This document shows positions 57,855 to 64,000 of a DNA stretch of 64,000 bases, one piece after another. The stretch is from Flavobacteriaceae bacterium UBA1682 (GTDB lineage Bacteria; Bacteroidota; Bacteroidia; Flavobacteriales; Flavobacteriaceae), in contig DCKE01000007.1 of the NCBI GenBank assembly GCA_002320285.1, positions 15,606 through 79,605 of the forward strand, written 5' to 3'. The notes under the pieces are model-generated. The model made no database searches, was not told the DNA's origin, and saw only the letters and a list, made by a program, of their open reading frames with translations. Made by a program: the position numbers and the translations under genes. The stretch's first letter is position 1; every line of letters begins with the position of its first letter.

Positions 57855-59237
57855 ATGAACACAATAATAGCGATTGCAGCATTAGCGGTTTTAGTACTGG
57901 TAGTAGAGATTGTTAATTTGAGAAAATTAATAGTCCCTATGACCGTCATCGGGCTTTTAGCCATACTGGGTATCACGCTAAATAACCTAAACGTCACCGA
58001 ATCTTTTTACAACAACATGATTGTTGTAGATTCCTTTTCGGTAGCTTTTTCTAGTTTGTTTATTGTACTAACCACCTTTTTGGTTGCCTTAAGTACCAAT
58101 TTCTATGAAAATGAAGACGCCTTAAAGATTTCCGATTATGTATCCCTAAAACTATTCCTACTGTTAGGCGCTGTTTCTATGGTGAGTTTTGGTAATATGG
58201 CCATGTTTTTCTTGGGATTAGAAATTCTATCGATCACCTTATACATTCTAGCTGGTAGCAACAGAACCCACATCAAGAGCAATGAAGCGGGTATGAAATA
58301 CTTTCTTTTGGGATCGTTTGCCTCAGGGGTAATTCTATTTGGTATCGCCTTGATTTACGGTGCAACAGGTTCTTTTGATTTACACGAAATATTCCGCATT
58401 ATTGCTACAGGAGCTATTCCTGCATGGTATAAAATTGGCGTACTGATGATGATCATCGGAATGTTGTTTAAGATTGCTGCGGTTCCTTTCCACTTCTGGG
58501 CTCCAGACGTGTATCAAGGCGCTCCAAGCTTAACGACAGCGATGATGAGTACCCTGGCTAAAGTAGTAGCAGTTGCCACCTTATACAAGCTGAGCGTAAG
58601 CCTTACGGTTACAATGCCTAGCAATTATATGACTGCCATAGTTGTTATCGCCATTTTAACCATGACCGTTGGTAATATCATGGCGCTGCGTCAAGATAAC
58701 ATCAAACGTTTATTGGCGTATTCTGGTATTTCACATGCCGGTTTTATGATGATGGCTTTGGTCAACCTGGGCAATTCTGCACCGAGTTTATTCTACTATG
58801 CCGTAGCGTACGCTATCGCGGGTATTGCGGCATTCTCCGTAGTCATATTGGTTACCAAAAACAAAGACGAAGAAATGTTATCGCTGTTTAAAGGATTGGG
58901 TAAAACCAACCCGCTATTGGCTGGTATTTTAACCGCTTCCCTACTTTCTATGGGAGGTATTCCAATCTTCGCCGGTTTCTTTGGTAAGTTCTTCTTGTTC
59001 TCTCAAGCGCTTGAAAACAACCAATTGACCTTAGTGATTTTTGGAGCGATCAACTCTTTTATCAGTATCTATTACTACTTTAAAGTAATTGCAGTACTCT
59101 ACTCTAAAAACGAGGAAACCGAACAAACAGAACCGATCAAAGTTCCAATGGCGTATTACGCCGTCGGAATTATATCCATAACTATCAATATCGTTATAGG
59201 AATTTATCCTTCGATTATTTTAGATATGATAAAATAA
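57855..59237 (+). CDS. nuoN: NADH-quinone oxidoreductase subunit N
   Basis: It is an antiporter-like subunit and the last gene of the operon, with 'AAVPFHFWAPDVYQGAP' and 'AYSGISHAG'. Confidence 0.93.
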   Translation: MNTIIAIAALAVLVLVVEIVNLRKLIVPMTVIGLLAILGITLNNLNVTESFYNNMIVVDSFSVAFSSLFIVLTTFLVALSTNFYENEDALKISDYVSLKLFLLLGAVSMVSFGNMAMFFLGLEILSITLYILAGSNRTHIKSNEAGMKYFLLGSFASGVILFGIALIYGATGSFDLHEIFRIIATGAIPAWYKIGVLMMIIGMLFKIAAVPFHFWAPDVYQGAPSLTTAMMSTLAKVVAVATLYKLSVSLTVTMPSNYMTAIVVIAILTMTVGNIMALRQDNIKRLLAYSGISHAGFMMMALVNLGNSAPSLFYYAVAYAIAGIAAFSVVILVTKNKDEEMLSLFKGLGKTNPLLAGILTASLLSMGGIPIFAGFFGKFFLFSQALENNQLTLVIFGAINSFISIYYYFKVIAVLYSKNEETEQTEPIKVPMAYYAVGIISITINIVIGIYPSIILDMIK

Positions 59238-59258
59238 ACAAAAACAGATTAACAACTG

Positions 59259-59295
59259 AAAAGGACCGTTTCGAAAGAGACGGTCCTTTTTTTTT
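59259..59295 (+). terminator. Rho-independent terminator of the nuo operon
   Basis: AAAGGACCGTTTC-GAAA-GAGACGGTCCTTT (one G-U pair) is followed by T9. Confidence 0.85.
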
Positions 59296-59441
59296 CTAAA
59301 TTTTGTAAATCAGCTACTTATTCAAAAAACGACTTAAATTATCTAATTATTAGATAACAATAAACTACCTCATCTCCTATTTTTATCATATAGATTCCTA
59401 ACCGATAATTTAAAGTTTTGTAACCTTAAATTATAGATAGT

Positions 59442-59765
59442 ATGAAAACAAGAATGACCGTTGTTTCAACAACACTTTTGATGAGCCTGACTTTTTTTGC
59501 AGGCGAAACGACAACCGTATATGGTTCCGGAGGCATGGTGATAGAGGGGGGGAAGACTACATTTTGCCCAAATCGCGATCGAATAGTTTGTGCCCAGGTT
59601 ACCACTAAACATGAGGCCAAACTAGTGGTAGGGTCCATCGTACAAGTAAGGACACCTAAGAGTTCCGAAACATCCGTTTTACAAGTATCTGCCGTTAAGG
59701 GACCTTTTGATAAAGATGGGAACATCCAAGGAGCCGATATTGAATTTATACGAGTTAAACAATAA
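59442..59765 (+). CDS. Small secreted hypothetical protein (107 aa, two Cys)
   Basis: It has an N-terminal hydrophobic signal-like segment (MKTRMTVVSTTLLMSLTFFAG), lies 61 nt upstream of the next same-strand gene and matches no family I recognise. An antisense ORF (59426-59725) competes with it. Confidence 0.5.
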   Translation: MKTRMTVVSTTLLMSLTFFAGETTTVYGSGGMVIEGGKTTFCPNRDRIVCAQVTTKHEAKLVVGSIVQVRTPKSSETSVLQVSAVKGPFDKDGNIQGADIEFIRVKQ

Positions 59766-59826
59766 TCTAAAAAAAGTAGCGCTGTGAGCTATCCAGCGTT
59801 GCTTTAATCCATTAGCACACCTCTTA

Positions 59827-61572
59827 ATGATACGTACTCTTCTCTTTGTAGTCTTCTTGTTACTTTACAAATCGCTTGCTGCCCAAGATCATATTATTCA
59901 GGTTGCTCCACGTTGTGGTCAGGAAAGCCAAATCAAACAACTCTTTTCCTCCATGGATTTAAAGCAAAAAGAGGTCTATGTCTTACACTTTCGACCCAGC
60001 GCGTGCCCGCGTTGTGAGACTGCTATCTGGGCGACCACTACCCTACTCAAACAACAAAACAAAGAGGCGATACTCGTAGTCGATGGGGACAATCAAGAAA
60101 AGAGTATGGAATATATCAACCAAATCAAGGGAATCAATATCGGCGATTTCACCCAAATCATCTACGATACCAAAGGCTTATATCACACCATCATTGACTA
60201 CAAAGCTTCTTTTGAACTCGCATACCCCCTGTTGTATAAAATCGACCTTGCGAATGCCATCTTTTATAGTATCACCACCCTTGCCGGAACGGCTATTAAC
60301 TCCGAATGGATACAATCTATAATTGATAATAAGGACGAACTAGCTTGCAAAGAAGTAGAGGTTATAAAAAAAGGAGATGCCAGCACAACCAATACTTTTT
60401 GGGACGACCAATGGTTTCTCAACGCTGCAAAAATTGTCAGTCCTCGCCATATCAATGCAAATACTAACTTGATCTATTTTACAGACGCAACGACGAATCA
60501 CGTGCTGATATATGATCGTCAGGGAATGTTAATACAGCAATATTATCCCGAAGAAGAGGAACTTTTTATCGATGTGGAAGAAAATACCGAATATCGAAAA
60601 AAAATACAGCAAGACTTTATCGATACCGGTATCGCTAAAGTTATCTACTTAGATGCCTATGTAGATGGAAGCGGGAATACACGTATACCAGCATCCGTTC
60701 CCGATATCTGGTATGAGGGCAAAGCATCGTTTTACGCCAATGCTCCTCTATTCATCGAAAAAAAACGAGGTTCTAATAGCATTTCGGATCTTATTCGTTT
60801 TGAGTCCAAAGTAGACTTTAACGATACGCTACAACCCCTTTCACCTTTTTTTGTTTCTCACAGTTATTATCAACCTTTTTTTAAAAACTACTTTGCTTTC
60901 CCATTATATAAGGGTTGGCCAACTCGAGGTTATGAACTCGATCAAAATGATTTTGACAACAACCCCTTTGATCCGAAATTTTATCGAGATGCTCAAGTCC
61001 TACGCGTATATAAAAACAACGACGAATACACCGATATGGGCAGTTTACCTACCGCCCTCATAAAAAACAAATTGGGTTACTACTTTAAAATTTCTTCTTA
61101 CACCGCTTCAACAGACAAACTGTATGTCTTTGACAAATTTTTAGGAGAGGTACAGATTTTTGACAAAAAAGCAATAGAAAATAAAGAAAACAACTTTAAA
61201 ACTGTGCAGCTTTTTCCAGAGAAACTGAAACAAATCGACGATTTTAAGCCACACTTAAATGCTGATGACCCCAAGATAAACTTACTTACAGCCTACAATC
61301 CGATCATCACTGCAAGCGCTATTTGGGATGTAAAAATTGATGCCAATCAACAGGTTTGTGTACTGATTGCCGACTACACCAATAGTCGATTAATCTTTAA
61401 GCAGTACGACCCCAATATGGCGCAGCTACTATTAGAAAAACGATTCCCTCTCGAAAACTTCGATGTATTAGAATCCGTCACGATCCAATTTAATCAACAG
61501 CAAATCGCCGAGCGAATCGTCGGACTTGAGAAAATCGAAGGTCGGTTTTACCTCAAGTTCAAAGTGCTTTAA
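59827..61572 (+). CDS. Secreted hypothetical protein with an N-terminal thioredoxin-like region (CPRC motif) and a large beta-rich, possibly propeller-like, C-terminal region
   Basis: It has a signal peptide (…YKSLAAQ). 'VYVLHFRPSACPRCETAIW' resembles a Trx-fold CxxC at the end of beta-1. 'LIYFTDATTNHVLIYDRQG' resembles an NHL-type blade. The fold assignments are inference only. Confidence 0.65.
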   Translation: MIRTLLFVVFLLLYKSLAAQDHIIQVAPRCGQESQIKQLFSSMDLKQKEVYVLHFRPSACPRCETAIWATTTLLKQQNKEAILVVDGDNQEKSMEYINQIKGINIGDFTQIIYDTKGLYHTIIDYKASFELAYPLLYKIDLANAIFYSITTLAGTAINSEWIQSIIDNKDELACKEVEVIKKGDASTTNTFWDDQWFLNAAKIVSPRHINANTNLIYFTDATTNHVLIYDRQGMLIQQYYPEEEELFIDVEENTEYRKKIQQDFIDTGIAKVIYLDAYVDGSGNTRIPASVPDIWYEGKASFYANAPLFIEKKRGSNSISDLIRFESKVDFNDTLQPLSPFFVSHSYYQPFFKNYFAFPLYKGWPTRGYELDQNDFDNNPFDPKFYRDAQVLRVYKNNDEYTDMGSLPTALIKNKLGYYFKISSYTASTDKLYVFDKFLGEVQIFDKKAIENKENNFKTVQLFPEKLKQIDDFKPHLNADDPKINLLTAYNPIITASAIWDVKIDANQQVCVLIADYTNSRLIFKQYDPNMAQLLLEKRFPLENFDVLESVTIQFNQQQIAERIVGLEKIEGRFYLKFKVL

Positions 61573-61747
61573 GATTGCGAATAACCCTAGCCATTCTAGT
61601 TGAAAACACAGGCGTTTATATTAATCAAAAATTTAACACATATAAACCGCGTCAATAATAGGAAAATTGCCTCTCAAATATTATTTTAACTCACTGATTA
61701 CAAACACTTCTATCTAGCACCTAAGTATCACCTAAAAATACTTACTA

Positions 61748-62095
61748 ATGAACCAGCTGATAGGTCAAAAATTAAAGGATTTACGGACAAGGCGATGCCT
61801 CACACAGGAAGTTGTGGCTGATATGTTGCACATATCACAATCAACCTATGCCCGTATCGAAAATGGCAGAAGTAATTCGTGGGTCAATCACATCACCGCT
61901 TTTTGTAAAATATATCAAATACAACCCCAAGACTTACTGCGGTTTTCAGACGAACTGCCCTCTTATAATACAGACCAAAAAGCTATTGACAAGGTACTGC
62001 ATACTATAATTCAAAACCTCGAAAATCAAATCAAGGAAAAAGACGAGCTTATCTGTTACCTTAAAGAACAGCTAAACAAAGTCTTAACCCAGTAG
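61748..62095 (+). CDS. XRE-family helix-turn-helix transcriptional regulator with a C-terminal coiled-coil-like tail
   Basis: 'IGQKLKDLRTRRCLTQEVVADMLHISQSTYARIENG' is a classic HTH_3/XRE motif. Confidence 0.82.
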   Translation: MNQLIGQKLKDLRTRRCLTQEVVADMLHISQSTYARIENGRSNSWVNHITAFCKIYQIQPQDLLRFSDELPSYNTDQKAIDKVLHTIIQNLENQIKEKDELICYLKEQLNKVLTQ

Positions 62096-62288
62096 TGGCT
62101 ATAGGATTTTAACGGCTCAATTCATGCACACAGAAATTCAATCGTAGTTCTAGCGCATCAAATATTATAAGTCCAGATTTGTTTATTTACCGAAGCAAAT
62201 TGTATCTATTACTGTGAAAGCACTTTTAATAATTTTTAAACAAATCATCTTATATCTTTATATTAGCATACTCCGGTAAAAAAAAACG

Positions 62289-63104
62289 ATGATGCTAAAA
62301 ACAATTTTATATACGCTACTACTGTCCTTAATCCTCTACGGTTGTACTCATACAAAAGATCAATTCAGAGACTATGCGGTAAACACCGCCAAGCAAGACT
62401 CTATTATCAGTGTTTATGCAACGAATTGCGCTCATCAATACAACTATAATACTCACCTGAACGAGTGGCAAAACTGTCTAGATGAGGGTTTAAAACAAGA
62501 CAGCACTATAGCTTATTTATGGCAACAAAAAGCCATGCCCTATTTTAAAGCGAGAAAATATGAGGTCGGGATGCCCTATTTAGACCAAGCGGTTTTATAT
62601 AATCCAAAACGATACCAACCCTATAGAGCCTTTATAAAATGTGTATTTCTCAAAACCTACCAAGATGCCATAGCCGATTTTGCCGACTGTAAGGAAAAAT
62701 GGGGCGATAACTTCGAAATGGACCATACCTACTCCTTTTATATTGGATTATCCCAATTGCAATTGAATCAGTTCGACAAAGCCGTTAGCAGTTTTAACGA
62801 AGCCATAAATGTCCAATCGAAATTTTTCAAGGACACCCACCATATTGATTTATTTTATTTAGGGATAACCAAACTGGAACAACTAAAATACGACGAGGCC
62901 ATAAGCCTTTTTGACCAAGCCTTAATGCCATATCCGGAATTTTCGGAAGCGATGTACTATAAAGCGCTGTGTCTGCAAAAACAAGGAAAGTCTGCCGACA
63001 CCTATCTCCCCCTATACGAAGAGGCCATAAAATGGCATAAAAAAGGCTATAGCATTAATGAAGCCAATGCCGTGTATGAACTTTATCCCTACCAATTGAA
63101 TTGA
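62289..63104 (+). CDS. TPR-repeat lipoprotein
   Basis: It has a lipobox, 'LSLILYGC'. Several 34-aa TPR-like repeats are visible ('AIADFADC', 'AVSSFNEAI', 'AISLFDQAL', 'AMYYKALCLQKQGK'). Confidence 0.72.
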   Translation: MMLKTILYTLLLSLILYGCTHTKDQFRDYAVNTAKQDSIISVYATNCAHQYNYNTHLNEWQNCLDEGLKQDSTIAYLWQQKAMPYFKARKYEVGMPYLDQAVLYNPKRYQPYRAFIKCVFLKTYQDAIADFADCKEKWGDNFEMDHTYSFYIGLSQLQLNQFDKAVSSFNEAINVQSKFFKDTHHIDLFYLGITKLEQLKYDEAISLFDQALMPYPEFSEAMYYKALCLQKQGKSADTYLPLYEEAIKWHKKGYSINEANAVYELYPYQLN

Positions 63105-63208
63105 CAATAAGAACGAAAAGTACGTTGTTAAGTGCACCGATTTTAAAGCTATCTGCTGCGAAATATTTAAATTATCAATCCTTTTTTACTTTTCAAAAAA
63201 ATAGCACG

Positions 63209-63216
63209 TACCTTTG
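63209..63216 (+). promoter_or_regulatory. Candidate -7 box TACCTTTG
   Basis: A TAnnTTTG match lies 27 nt upstream of the ATG at 63243. Confidence 0.35.
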
Positions 63217-63242
63217 TATTCTAATTATGGAGCAACTGATTT

Positions 63243-64000
63243 ATGAGCACACCCTTAGTATTCAAACCTTTAAGTCTTAAAAACCTAATCCTTAAAAACC
63301 GATTTGTTGTAAGTCCGATGTGTCAGTATTCCTCTGAAGACGGTTTTGCTACTTCCTGGCATTTGGTTCACACGGGACAGTTTGCGATTGGACAAGCTGC
63401 CGCGATTATACAAGAAGCAACGGCAGTTACTGCGGAAGGCCGTATCTCCTATGGTGATTTGGGAATTTGGAAAGACGAGCATATTTCAAAATTAGCCGAA
63501 ATTACCGCTTTTGTCAAATCACAAGGCAGTATACCGGGCATTCAATTGTCTCATGCCGGTCGAAAAGCCAGCAGTGATAAACCGTGGTTGGGTCGCGAAC
63601 AACTGGCCCCAGATCACGACAACGGATGGCAAACCCGCGGAGTATCGCAAATTCCATTTCGCGAATCCGAACATCCCCCATTACCTTTAAGTATTGCTGA
63701 GATTAAAGATTTAATAGTTTCATTTAGAGAAGCCACCGCAAGAGCGATAAAGGCCGGATATCAAATTATTGAACTTCACGGGGCTCACGGGTACCTGATT
63801 CACCAATTTTTTTCACCCCTCATCAACAACAGAACGGACGAATACGGAGGCAGTTTTGAAAATAGAATTCGCTTCCTATTAGAAATAATTGACGCCGTTA
63901 AACCGGAAATGACCGACGAAACCTCCTTATGGGTTCGCATTTCTGCTACGGATTGGGCTGAAGGTGGTTGGGATTTGGAATCGTCAATTCGATTAGCTCA
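63243..64000 (+). CDS. namA: NADH:flavin oxidoreductase (Old Yellow Enzyme family, YqjM/NamA-like), 5' part; continues past the window end
   Basis: I translated this by hand. 'MSTPLVFKPLSLKNLILKNRFVVSPMCQYSSEDGFATSWHLVHTGQFAIG...IQLSHAGRKAS...IELHGAHGYLIHQF.SP..N.RTDEYGGSFENR' is the OYE signature. It has no stop inside the window, so it is absent from the ORF track. Confidence 0.85.
   Translation, partial: MSTPLVFKPLSLKNLILKNRFVVSPMCQYSSEDGFATSWHLVHTGQFAIGQAAAIIQEATAVTAEGRISYGDLGIWKDEHISKLAEITAFVKSQGSIPGIQLSHAGRKASSDKPWLGREQLAPDHDNGWQTRGVSQIPFRESEHPPLPLSIAEIKDLIVSFREATARAIKAGYQIIELHGAHGYLIHQFFSPLINNRTDEYGGSFENRIRFLLEIIDAVKPEMTDETSLWVRISATDWAEGGWDLESSIRLA

Noticed and set aside
59426-59725. 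A minus-strand 99-aa ORF overlaps the 107-aa plus-strand ORF.
   Set aside because: The plus-strand ORF has a signal-peptide-like N-terminus and the same orientation and spacing as the downstream 581-aa gene. The minus-strand ORF would run head-on into the nuo terminator with no promoter room. Neither is proven, so the plus-strand call has only moderate confidence.
1-64000. I looked for mobile elements, prophage genes, integrases, tRNA or rRNA genes and known riboswitches (FMN upstream of ribE, preQ1 upstream of queD).
   Set aside because: I found no transposase, integrase or recombinase-like ORF and no long inverted repeats flanking loci A or B. No cloverleaf-like tRNA sequence was evident in the intergenic regions. 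The ribE and queD leaders, at 58 nt and <90 nt, are too short and lack the conserved riboswitch cores I know. This was a visual scan only, so small ncRNAs could be missed.

Overview
This window looks like a chromosomal segment from a Bacteroidota, most likely Flavobacteriia, genome. The evidence is the T9SS type A and type B C-terminal sorting domains, a PorP/SprF gene, TAnnTTTG -7 promoter boxes 15-60 nt upstream of many starts, and no Shine-Dalgarno sites. Most of it is conserved housekeeping. This includes the tdk 3' end, queD, lpxH, ribF, the rimP-nusA-infB operon, ribE, pdxA and yceD-rpmF. It also includes fabH, accB-accC, a cold-shock gene and a complete 14-gene nuoA-N operon (46.3-59.2 kb). 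I saw no rRNA, tRNA, CRISPR array, transposase, integrase or phage genes.

The most interesting part is a pair of related minus-strand accessory loci that flank the 9-30 kb core. Locus A (0.47-8.7 kb) encodes four proteins in this order:
- a 1499-aa secreted protein built of four ~360-aa tandem units, with no recognisable T9SS C-terminal domain (CTD);
- two CTD-less secreted proteins (539 and 203 aa) that share an N-terminal 'QVGIGT...LD...G(V/L)L(I/L)PR...VYNT...YY...KW' module;
- a 419-aa protein with a T9SS type B CTD.

Locus B (30.6-37.1 kb) encodes a 706-aa CTD-less protein with the same N-terminal module, ~96-aa tandem repeats and a coiled-coil tail. It is followed by a 416-aa type-B-CTD paralogue of the 419-aa protein, a PorP/SprF protein and a TPR/beta-propeller/OmpA protein. 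Together they look like an uncharacterised, T9SS-linked multi-component surface system. In this reading, small type-B-CTD proteins are paired with large CTD-less partners.

Other points worth a second look:
- a 16-copy GGGAGTC heptanucleotide tract with G-quadruplex potential, between the infB terminator and a promoter;
- an intrinsic-terminator-like hairpin in the rimP-nusA-infB leader;
- an ECF sigma / 70-aa / membrane-protein operon;
- a small secreted Cys protein next to a CxxC Trx-like/propeller-like protein.

All calls come from reading the supplied translations and sequence by eye. I ran no database search, and the identities I quote are visual estimates.
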